From the NCBI GenBank assembly GCA_944322325.1, contig CALUOQ010000006.1, positions 75,134-139,133 on the forward strand: a stretch of 64,000 nt of DNA, given 5' to 3'. Below are positions 28,865-37,068 of this stretch, one piece after another. Under the pieces are notes generated by a model. The model was not told the DNA's origin and did not search any database. It saw nothing but the letters and a program-made list of their open reading frames with translations. The translations under genes and the position numbers were made by a program. Each line of letters opens with the position of its first letter. Within the stretch, counting starts at the first letter, position 1. Origin of the DNA: an uncultured Alloprevotella sp. (GTDB lineage Bacteria; Bacteroidota; Bacteroidia; Bacteroidales; Bacteroidaceae).

Positions 28865-29920
28865 TCACGGCCAAAGCCCTGCCCGTCTTTGTTCCTCGCG
28901 CTTCCGGTCAATGAGGTATTGGTTATACGAATTCTCCAAGTAGTCCGTGATTTTCCATTCGTCGAGACTGCGCAAAGCTCGCACGTAGCGACCGGGAAAT
29001 ACCCGCCCGTCTGCCGTGTACAGCGGTTCGAGCGCATAAGGTGGCAGAGTACGCAGGATCTGACGCAGCCCGTCAACGCAACGTTGGTCCAATGCAGGGT
29101 CGGCGTTCCGGCCGTCGGCATGTAGCAGAACGACGTCCATCCGCCCTTCAGTGTCGATGGTCAACAGCAGGTCGAACCACCGCGCATTTTTCCAAAGCGC
29201 CGAATCGACGGGAGTTGCTTGCGTGACGTCGTGGCTCAGCAATATCATGGCCAAATCGACGTTGTCCGTCCATTCGGGATTGACGGCGTCACGATAAGAA
29301 GCGGCTTCCGCCGTATAATAAGCACGGTATGTGTCACTGACACACGGCCGCTCCCAACGACCGTCGCGCACGCTCTGCACCACGCGGCTACGCCCTACCA
29401 CAAAACCGAAATAAGGCAACGCGTCGCTGACGCGGACAAACGTACCGTTCAGCCAGCGCGCCGGAACGACGCGCCGCTGCGAAAGACCGGGCTCGTCCAC
29501 ACTGACGCCCAGCGCGCGGTCGGCCTCGGCCCAAGCGGCCGTATCGCGTTCGAAAGTTCCCCGGCGATAAAGCTCCGTGAGGCAAATGAGGTTGACACTG
29601 TCCAAACTAAGATTCGCCCATTCCGCCACGAGAGGCCTGCCGACAAACAAGGGCTGGCCGGCGAGGAGGCTCTCGGAAAACACCGTCCGCCCGGCCATCG
29701 AGCCATCGTAATCGGTCACCTTTAACTGTGGCTTCGTCCCGGCCTTGACGGCCTTGTAACTATCGACCATCTCGTCCACACTCACGGTGTCCGGGCGAAG
29801 ATAACCGGTGTAAACAGCGGGAATCTCACCCCGCGGGAAAACGCTACGGTGCGACTGGGCCGATAAGAACTGGCTGGAAAAAATAAGGACCAAAAAGAAA
29901 ACAATACGTCGCATAGTCAT
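28865..29920 (-). CDS. Secreted hypothetical protein, paralog B
   Basis: ORF 28865..29968. The start moves to ATG 29920 or 29914 (MTMRRIVFFLVLIFSSQFLSAQ) because a -7 box overlaps the first ATG. Confidence 0.6.
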   Translation of the reverse strand: MTMRRIVFFLVLIFSSQFLSAQSHRSVFPRGEIPAVYTGYLRPDTVSVDEMVDSYKAVKAGTKPQLKVTDYDGSMAGRTVFSESLLAGQPLFVGRPLVAEWANLSLDSVNLICLTELYRRGTFERDTAAWAEADRALGVSVDEPGLSQRRVVPARWLNGTFVRVSDALPYFGFVVGRSRVVQSVRDGRWERPCVSDTYRAYYTAEAASYRDAVNPEWTDNVDLAMILLSHDVTQATPVDSALWKNARWFDLLLTIDTEGRMDVVLLHADGRNADPALDQRCVDGLRQILRTLPPYALEPLYTADGRVFPGRYVRALRSLDEWKITDYLENSYNQYLIDRKREEQRRAGLWP

Positions 29921-29965
29921 GGTATTTAAGGGGGCAGCATCTTGCCCGTTCAACATTACTTTTTG

Positions 29966-29973
29966 CAAAAGTA
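29966..29973 (-). promoter_or_regulatory. -7 box TACTTTTG upstream of paralog B
   Basis: 45 nt upstream of ATG 29920. Confidence 0.45.
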
Positions 29974-30080
29974 GAGGTTAATTTTTGATTTCTCCCCCCC
30001 CGATTAAAAAAACGAAAACTGCGAGATAAATAATGTTAACTACGATGGGCACAAGCGAAACTGCACCCATAAATTCAAGC

Positions 30081-30180
30081 GTAATCCCCGTAAAAACTAT
30101 CGCTGCGATAGAATTTACGGGGACTACGATAGAAATTTCTGGGACTACACTTGTAAAAACGGGGACTACACCCGTAAAAT
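30081..30180. repeat. Family-A element, 'GGGGACTAC' subfamily, copy A6 (right direct repeat)
   Basis: Same 96-nt sequence as A5 with 3 mismatches, in the same orientation, offset exactly 2600 bp (27485 vs 30085). Confidence 0.85.
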
Positions 30181-30203
30181 GCGGCATCTGTGCAGATGCG
30201 GCG

Positions 30204-30689
30204 TCAGGCGTTTTCTGCGGGCGCCTCGAGCTTGAAGCGGATACGGAAGCTGTGTTTCTCCTCGTCCCAGTTGGTGCCGAGGAGCACGAAGCGGCCTATC
30301 TGGCGCGTATGGCTGACGTGGAGGCCGGCGCAGGGGCAGACGTCGTAGTCGCCGATGCGCACGAGGCGCAGCGTGTCGCTGACGTCGTCGGGAAGACGGT
30401 CGAGGCGGACGCCTTCGGGCACTTGGTCGGCCGTGACGTACTCGACCGTGACGGGCAGGTCGGCGTCGACGAGGCGGTTCATCTCGTTGACAACGTAGGC
30501 CAGTTCGCCCTCCGTGAGCGGCGCAGCGAGGTCGTAGCTTATCTTGCTCTTCCGGCGCTCGATGTGTGCGTTGCGCGAACGCTCGCACCCGAAGGTTTTC
30601 ACCATAAGGGCGTTGAGCAGGTGCTCGGCCGTGTGCATGGGCGGATACTCCTGCTTGTTGTGCGCGTTGAGCTGAGGTTCTTGTTCCAT
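30204..30689 (-). CDS. Free-standing AlaX-like tRNA editing domain protein (tRNA_SAD)
   Basis: ORF 30204..30788, start at ATG 30689 (MEQEPQL). The 'HTAEHLL' (HxxxH) and 'CPCAGLHV' (CxxxH) zinc motifs match the Ala/Thr-tRNA synthetase second additional domain. Confidence 0.75.
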   Translation of the reverse strand: MEQEPQLNAHNKQEYPPMHTAEHLLNALMVKTFGCERSRNAHIERRKSKISYDLAAPLTEGELAYVVNEMNRLVDADLPVTVEYVTADQVPEGVRLDRLPDDVSDTLRLVRIGDYDVCPCAGLHVSHTRQIGRFVLLGTNWDEEKHSFRIRFKLEAPAENA

Positions 30690-30702
30690 GAAGCGAGCGG
30701 AT

Positions 30703-30768
30703 TGCAATTGACGGTTGACAATGAACAATGGACAGTTATTCAATTGCTCATTGTCAAGCGTCAATTGA
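30703..30768. repeat. CAATTGACA-rich element (family D)
   Basis: 'caattgacggttgacaatgaacaatggacagttattcaattgctcattgtcaagcgtcaattg', containing a 10-bp inverted repeat TTGACAATGA / TCATTGTCAA. Confidence 0.6.
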
Positions 30769-30771
30769 AAA

Positions 30772-32532
30772 TCAGGACTTCGTTTCAACTTTCAGACAAA
30801 GCTCGTCAAGCTGTCCGGGCTCGAGGACGGAAGGCGCATCGAGCATGACGTCGCGCCCGGAGTTGTTCTTGGGGAACGCTATACAGTCGCGGATGGAATC
30901 GAGGCCGGCAAAGAGCGACACCCAGCGGTCGAGGCCGTAAGCCAGACCGCCATGGGGCGGCGCACCGTACTTGAAAGCATTCATGAGGAAGCCGAACTGG
31001 GCCTGAGCGCGCTCGGGGGTGAAACCGAGTATCTTGAAGATTTTGGCCTGTAGCTGGCTGTCGTGGATACGGATACTGCCGCCGCCGACTTCCACGCCGT
31101 TGCACACCATGTCGTAAGCGTTGGCACGAACGCGGGCTGGGTCGGTGTCGAGCAGGGGGATGTCCTCGGGTTTGGGCGAGGTGAAGGGATGGTGCATGGC
31201 CATGAGGCGCTGCTCTTCGTCGCTCCACTCGAACATGGGGAAGTCGACCACCCAAAGCAGGGCAAACTTGTTCTTGTCGCGCAGGCCCAAGCGATTTCCC
31301 ATCTCAAGGCGCAGCTCGCACAGCTGCTTGCGGGCACGCTGCGTGTCAGGACCGGAAATAATCAGGATAAGGTCGCCGGGCTTGGCGTTCATCGCCTCTT
31401 TCAGGCGGGCCAGCACTTCGGGGCTGTAGAACTTGTCGACAGAACTCTTGACGCTGCCGTCCTCCCCGACGCGGGCATAGACGAGGCCTTTGGCGCCGAT
31501 TTGCGGACTCTTCACGAAGTCGGTGAGCTGGTCGAGCTGCTTGCGGGTATAGCTGGCACAGCCTTCGGCACAGATACCGCCGATGTACTTGGCCTCATTG
31601 AAGACGGCAAAATCGCCAGTGCCCTTCAAGACGTCCATAAGCTCGACGAACTCCATGCCGAAGCGCATGTCGGGTTTGTCGGAACCGAAGCGGCGCATGG
31701 CTTCGTCCCACGACAGGCGGAGGAACGGCGTGGGCAGGTCGCAGCCCCGTATGGTCTTGAACAGGTAGACTGCCATCTCTTCGAAGAGCGTAATGATGTC
31801 GTTTTGCTCGACAAAGCTCATCTCGCAGTCGATTTGGGTAAATTCCGGTTGTCGGTCGGCGCGCAAATCTTCGTCGCGGAAACATTTTGCGATCTGGAAG
31901 TAACGGTCCACGCCGGCTACCATCAGGAGCTGCTTGAGCGTCTGCGGACTTTGGGGCAGGGCGTAGAACTGGCCGGGGTTCATGCGCGACGGCACGACAA
32001 AGTCGCGCGCTCCCTCAGGCGTCGAGCCGACGAGGATGGGCGTTTCGATTTCGAGGAATCCCTTGCTGTCGAGGAAGCGGCGCACTTCGAGGCAGACGCG
32101 GTGACGCAACTCGAGGTTGGCGCGCACACACTGGCGGCGCAGGTCGAGGTAGCGATACTTCATGCGCAGGTCGTCGCCGCCGTCGGTGTGGTCCTCAATG
32201 GTGAACGGGGGCACTTCGGAAGCGTTGAGCACGGTTAACGCCGTGACGACGATCTCAATGTCGCCCGTCGGGAGTTGGGGATTTTTGTTATAGCGCTCGC
32301 TGACGGTGCCCGTCACCTGTACGACGTACTCGCGGCCGAGCTTATTGGCGCGTTCGCACAACTCCGCTTGCTTGGCCTCGTCGAAGACCAGCTGCGTGAT
32401 GCCGTAGCGGTCGCGCAGATCGATGAACGTCATTCCGCCCATCTTGCGCAGGCGTTGCACCCACCCGGCCAGCGTCACTTCGCTGCCGACGTCACTCAGG
32501 CGCAATTCGCCGCATGTTTTGGTTCTGTACAT
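30772..32532 (-). CDS. aspS: Aspartate--tRNA ligase
   Basis: 586 aa. Has an OB-fold N-terminus '[26 protein letters not shown]', the class II motifs '[18 protein letters not shown]' and 'GGGSIRIH', and a bacterial GAD insert. Confidence 0.95.
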   Translation of the reverse strand: MYRTKTCGELRLSDVGSEVTLAGWVQRLRKMGGMTFIDLRDRYGITQLVFDEAKQAELCERANKLGREYVVQVTGTVSERYNKNPQLPTGDIEIVVTALTVLNASEVPPFTIEDHTDGGDDLRMKYRYLDLRRQCVRANLELRHRVCLEVRRFLDSKGFLEIETPILVGSTPEGARDFVVPSRMNPGQFYALPQSPQTLKQLLMVAGVDRYFQIAKCFRDEDLRADRQPEFTQIDCEMSFVEQNDIITLFEEMAVYLFKTIRGCDLPTPFLRLSWDEAMRRFGSDKPDMRFGMEFVELMDVLKGTGDFAVFNEAKYIGGICAEGCASYTRKQLDQLTDFVKSPQIGAKGLVYARVGEDGSVKSSVDKFYSPEVLARLKEAMNAKPGDLILIISGPDTQRARKQLCELRLEMGNRLGLRDKNKFALLWVVDFPMFEWSDEEQRLMAMHHPFTSPKPEDIPLLDTDPARVRANAYDMVCNGVEVGGGSIRIHDSQLQAKIFKILGFTPERAQAQFGFLMNAFKYGAPPHGGLAYGLDRWVSLFAGLDSIRDCIAFPKNNSGRDVMLDAPSVLEPGQLDELCLKVETKS

Positions 32533-32593
32533 ACTCTATTCGTTTTTGCGTGGACTACGGGGCGCGAAAAAGCAACTGTGCCCCAGTTTCCAT

Positions 32594-32630
32594 CGTCAAC
32601 TGTCAATTATCAATTATCAACTGTCAATTG
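32594..32630. repeat. CAATTGACA-rich element (family D)
   Basis: 'cgtcaactgtcaattatcaattatcaactgtcaattg'. It starts at the carB stop codon, and the TGA lies inside CAATTG. Confidence 0.6.
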
Positions 32631-35600
32631 TCCCCCGTGCCGTACTCCTGCCAACTCTTGATGTCGAGGTCGTCGGGAGCTACGGTACAGAAAGCGTAAA
32701 TGAACGCGCTGGCCAAACGGGCATTCGTGATGAGCGGAATGTTCAGGTCGATGGCTGCGCGGCGAATCTTGTATCCGTTGTCGAGCTCACCGGCCGTCAG
32801 GTCTTTCGGTACGTTGACAACCATGTCTATCTTGCGTTCGTGAAGCATGGTAAGGGCCTGCGGCTGTCCGTCTTCGCTGGGCCAGTAGACCAGTTCGTTG
32901 GGAATGCCGTTCTCCGTGAGATAACGGCTTGTTCCGCCCGTGGCGTAAAGCTGGTAGCCATGGTCGACGAGCATTTTGGCGGCTTCGAGCATCTCAGCTT
33001 TCTGTTTGGCTGCTCCGGTGGAGAGGAGAATGTTCTTGGCCGGGATACGCTGCCCCACGGAGAGCATACTCTTCAACAAGGCTGTGCGGGAGTCCTCGCC
33101 GAGGCAGCCCACCTCGCCCGTAGAGGCCATGTCGACGCCCAAAACGGGGTCGGCCTTTTGCAGACGGTTGAAGGAGAACTGACTGGCTTTAATGCCGACG
33201 TAATCGAGGTCGAAGAGGCTCTTGGCGGGCTTTTCGACAGGCAGACCGAGCATAATGCGCGTAGCGATTTCGATAAGGTTTATCTTCAGTACCTTGCTGA
33301 CGAAGGGGAAGCTGCGCGACGCCCGGAGGTTGCACTCAATGACTTTGATGTCGTTCTCGCGGGCCAGGAACTGAATGTTGAACGGACCGCTAATCTGAAG
33401 CTCGCGGGCGATTTTCTTGGAAATCTTCTTGATGCGACGGACGGTTTCGACGTACAGTTTCTGGGGCGGGAACTGAATGGTGGCGTCGCCCGAGTGGACA
33501 CCGGCAAACTCAATGTGCTCACTGATGGCGTAGGCGATGATTTCGCCGTTACGCGCCACGGCGTCAAGCTCGACCTCCTTGGCATGTTCGAGGAAGCGGC
33601 TGACCACGACGGGGTGCTTCTTCGACACATTGGCGGCCAGCTTGAGGAAACGTTCCAGCTCCTCCTGATTGGAGCAGACATTCATCGCCGCACCGGAGAG
33701 CACGTACGACGGACGTACGAGGACGGGAAATCCGACCTTGTCGATAAACGCGTTGATGTCTTCCATGCTGGTGAGCGCACTCCACTCCGGCTGGTCCACC
33801 CCTATACGTCCCAACATCTCGGAGAACTTCTCGCGGTCCTCAGCGTTGTCGATGTGCTGAGCAGACGTACCGAGAATGGGCACGTGCTGCTCGTCCAGAC
33901 GCATGGCCAGGTTATTCGGGATTTGTCCGCCCGTCGAGACAATGACGCCGTACGGACACTCCAAGTCGAGAATATCCATTACGCGCTCGAAAGTCAGCTC
34001 GTCGAAGTACAGACGGTCACACATGTCGTAATCCGTGGAGACCGTCTCAGGATTGTAGTTAATCATCACGCTCCGATAGCCCTCCTTGCGAATCGTATTC
34101 AAGGCCTGGACGCCGCACCAGTCGAACTCGACGGAGCTGCCGATGCGATAGGCTCCCGAACCGAGCACGACGACGGAACGCTTGTCGTGCTCATATTTAA
34201 TATCGTGGGCGACGCCGCTGTACGTCAGGTACAGATAATTTGTCTGCGCCGGGTATTCGGCGGCAAGCGTATCGATTTGCTTCACGTAAGGCACGATGCC
34301 GGCCTGCTTGCGCCGGTTGCGGATAATCAGGATGGCTTTCTCGATGTCCATCTCCTTCTCCAGCCCCAACGCGCGGGCTATCTGGAAGTCGGTAAAACCT
34401 TGCTGCTTGGCCTTCAAGAGGAGGGCGTTGTCCAGCACGTTGACGCTGGAGCAAGCGTGGAGGGCCTTGTCGGTCTCACAGATATTGTGGAGTTTTTGAA
34501 GGAACCACTTGTCAATCTTTGTCAGCTCATGGATTTGGTCGATGGTATAGCCCTGCTCCATGGCCTTGGCGATGACGAAAATGCGCTTGTCGGTAGGCTC
34601 TTGAAGGGCTTCGTCAACATTTTCTATCTTAAGTTCCTTGTTGTCTACATAACCGTGCATTCCTTGGCCAATCATGCGGAGGCCTTTTTGGATTACCTCC
34701 TCGAACGTGCGGCCTATGGCCATGACTTCGCCGACCGACTTCATGCTCGATCCCAGCTCGCGGTCCACGCCGCGGAACTTACCCAGATCCCAGCGTGGTA
34801 TCTTGCAGACTACGTAGTCGAGCGCCGGCTCGAAGAAAGCACTTGTGGTTTTCGTCACGGAGTTCTTCAGGTCGAACAAGCCGTACCCCAAACCGAGCTT
34901 TGCGGCTACGAAGGCCAACGGGTAGCCCGTGGCTTTCGAGGCCAGCGCCGACGAACGGCTCAGGCGGGCGTTCACCTCAATGACGCGGTAGTCCTCGGAA
35001 TTCGGGTCGAAGGCATACTGCACGTTACACTCACCGACAATGCCGACGTGGCGCACAATGCGGATACTCAACTCGCGCAGTTTGTGGTACTCGCTGTTCG
35101 TCAGGGTTTGCGAAGGGGCGATGACGATACTCTCACCGGTGTGGATGCCGAGCGGGTCGAAGTTCTCCATGTTACAAACCGTGATGCAGTTGTCAAAACG
35201 GTCGCGGACGACTTCATACTCAATCTCTTTCCATCCCTTAAGGCTCTTTTCGACAAGCACCTGCGGGGAGAAAGAAAACGCTTTCTCGGCCAGCCGAATC
35301 AGTTCCTGCTCGTTGTTGCAGAATCCGGAGCCCAGACCGCCCAGCGCATAAGCCGCACGGATAATGATGGGGTACCCCAGCGCCTGGGCCGCTTTGCACG
35401 CTTGTTCGATGTTCTCGCAAGCCTCGCTCTTGATAGTCTTCACGTCGATTTCGTGTAGTTTCTCGACGAAGAGTTCGCGGTCCTCGGTATCCATGATGGC
35501 TTGTACGGGCGTGCCGAGCACTTGCAGGTCGTACTTCTTCAGTATGCCGCTCTTGTACAGCTCCACGCCGCAGTTCAAAGCCGTCTGGCCGCCGAACGCC

Positions 35601-35860
35601 AACATGATACCGTCGGGACGCTCCTTGGCGATGACTTTTTCCACGAAGAAGGGCGTAACCGGAAGGAAGTAGATTTGGTCAGCAACGCCCTCGCTCGTCT
35701 GCACCGTGGCGATGTTCGGATTGATGAGAATAGTCCGGATGCCTTCTTCCTTTAAGGCTTTCAACGCTTGCGAACCGGAATAATCAAACTCCCCGGCCTC
35801 GCCGATTTTCAGCGCGCCGGAACCTAACAACAGGACTTTTCGTATTTTGTTTTCTTTCAT
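32624..35860 (-). CDS. carB: Carbamoyl-phosphate synthase large subunit
   Basis: 1078 aa with duplicated ATP-grasp halves and a C-terminal MGS-like domain. The N-terminus is 'KVLLLGSGALKIGEAGEFDYSGSQA'. Confidence 0.95.
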   Translation of the reverse strand: MKENKIRKVLLLGSGALKIGEAGEFDYSGSQALKALKEEGIRTILINPNIATVQTSEGVADQIYFLPVTPFFVEKVIAKERPDGIMLAFGGQTALNCGVELYKSGILKKYDLQVLGTPVQAIMDTEDRELFVEKLHEIDVKTIKSEACENIEQACKAAQALGYPIIIRAAYALGGLGSGFCNNEQELIRLAEKAFSFSPQVLVEKSLKGWKEIEYEVVRDRFDNCITVCNMENFDPLGIHTGESIVIAPSQTLTNSEYHKLRELSIRIVRHVGIVGECNVQYAFDPNSEDYRVIEVNARLSRSSALASKATGYPLAFVAAKLGLGYGLFDLKNSVTKTTSAFFEPALDYVVCKIPRWDLGKFRGVDRELGSSMKSVGEVMAIGRTFEEVIQKGLRMIGQGMHGYVDNKELKIENVDEALQEPTDKRIFVIAKAMEQGYTIDQIHELTKIDKWFLQKLHNICETDKALHACSSVNVLDNALLLKAKQQGFTDFQIARALGLEKEMDIEKAILIIRNRRKQAGIVPYVKQIDTLAAEYPAQTNYLYLTYSGVAHDIKYEHDKRSVVVLGSGAYRIGSSVEFDWCGVQALNTIRKEGYRSVMINYNPETVSTDYDMCDRLYFDELTFERVMDILDLECPYGVIVSTGGQIPNNLAMRLDEQHVPILGTSAQHIDNAEDREKFSEMLGRIGVDQPEWSALTSMEDINAFIDKVGFPVLVRPSYVLSGAAMNVCSNQEELERFLKLAANVSKKHPVVVSRFLEHAKEVELDAVARNGEIIAYAISEHIEFAGVHSGDATIQFPPQKLYVETVRRIKKISKKIARELQISGPFNIQFLARENDIKVIECNLRASRSFPFVSKVLKINLIEIATRIMLGLPVEKPAKSLFDLDYVGIKASQFSFNRLQKADPVLGVDMASTGEVGCLGEDSRTALLKSMLSVGQRIPAKNILLSTGAAKQKAEMLEAAKMLVDHGYQLYATGGTSRYLTENGIPNELVYWPSEDGQPQALTMLHERKIDMVVNVPKDLTAGELDNGYKIRRAAIDLNIPLITNARLASAFIYAFCTVAPDDLDIKSWQEYGTGDN

Positions 35861-35913
35861 CGTGAGCTTGTATTTGCGTAGGATTTGATGTGGGAAAAAG
35901 TTAGATTTTCCGA

Positions 35914-36990
35914 TTAGAGTAACTTCACAAAATCATCGAAGAGGAACTCGGTATCCACCGGGCCGCTGCACGCTTCAGGATGGAACTGGGCGCTGAACCA
36001 AGGGTTGACCTTGTGACGCACACCTTCGTTCGAGCCGTCATTCATGTTAATGAAATAGGGTTCCCACTCGGCGGGTAGCGTCGTGTTGTCTACGGCGTAA
36101 CCGTGGTTCTGGCTCGTGATGAAGCACTTCGTTGTCCCCACCATTCTCACCGGCTGATTGTGACTGCGGTGGCCGTACTTCAGCTTGTAGATACGTGCTC
36201 CCGCAGCTTTCGAGAGCAGCTGGTTGCCCATGCAAATGCCCATGCAGGGACGCACAACGGGGTTGTCGAGAAATTTCCTGATGTTCTCCACCGCATCGAC
36301 GCACGTGTCGGGGTCGCCGGGGCCGTTGGCGAGGAACAGACCGTCGAACTCCAGCTGATTGAAGTCGTAGTTCCAAGGCACGCGGATTACCTCCACGTTT
36401 CGCTTGATAAGACAACGGATAATGTTGTTCTTGACGCCGCAATCCACGAGCACGACTTTCTTTGGCGCACCCTCATTATATTTAATAATGTCTTTGCACG
36501 AAACCTGTGCCACGTAGTTCACACCGCTGTACTGCGCCTCGGGAATGTTGTCCGGTTCGTCGTCGAACACGATCTTGCCCATCATGACGCCGTGCTCGCG
36601 GAGTACTTTGGTCAGCTCGCGCGTGTCGATTCCCGTGATGCCCGGTACGCCTTCGCGCTTCAGCCAGTCGGCCAGACTCTCGCAGGCATTCCAATGGCTG
36701 TATTCGCTACTATAATCACTCACGATGATGGCAGAAGCATAAATCCGGTCGCTCTCCATGAAAGTGGCGATACCGTCGGGCTCGACAGTGAAGGGAGGAA
36801 CCCCATAGTTGCCGACGAGCGGATAAGTAAGGACCATCAGCTGACCGGCGTAGGAGGGGTCGGTCAGACTCTCGGGGTAACCCGTCATGGCCGTATTGAA
36901 CACCACTTCGCCCGCTACGGGCGCTTCATAACCGAAGGAGGTTCCGTGAAAGCGGCTCCCGTCATCCAAAATTAAAGTAACGTTTCTCAT
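35914..36990 (-). CDS. carA: Carbamoyl-phosphate synthase small (glutaminase) subunit
   Basis: 358 aa. Has the GATase-1 nucleophile elbow 'GICMGNQLL' and a CPSase small-chain N-domain. Confidence 0.95.
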   Translation of the reverse strand: MRNVTLILDDGSRFHGTSFGYEAPVAGEVVFNTAMTGYPESLTDPSYAGQLMVLTYPLVGNYGVPPFTVEPDGIATFMESDRIYASAIIVSDYSSEYSHWNACESLADWLKREGVPGITGIDTRELTKVLREHGVMMGKIVFDDEPDNIPEAQYSGVNYVAQVSCKDIIKYNEGAPKKVVLVDCGVKNNIIRCLIKRNVEVIRVPWNYDFNQLEFDGLFLANGPGDPDTCVDAVENIRKFLDNPVVRPCMGICMGNQLLSKAAGARIYKLKYGHRSHNQPVRMVGTTKCFITSQNHGYAVDNTTLPAEWEPYFINMNDGSNEGVRHKVNPWFSAQFHPEACSGPVDTEFLFDDFVKLL

Positions 36991-37068
36991 TTCTTGCGTA
37001 TTGTTTCCTCTCGCACCGTCCGACTAATTTTTTACTCGCTGGCTTGAAGAGCTTAGTATGTGAGTTAT

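Noticed and set aside
27481-30180. Calling the repeat-bracketed paralog module a bona fide mobile element
   Set aside because: It has no transposase, integrase or recombinase, no recognisable target-site duplication, and its flanks are members of a widespread intergenic repeat family. I report it as a recombination-prone module and have not annotated it as a mobile_element.
32423-35458. 1011-aa ORF antisense to carB. The same applies to 15393..16940 antisense to pfp, 5471..6631 antisense to uvrB, and 11320..12906 antisense to the M20 peptidase.
   Set aside because: All overlap genes with textbook signatures on the other strand. They are low-complexity (R/G/V/A/H/D-rich) and are the expected stop-poor antisense frames of a high-GC genome.
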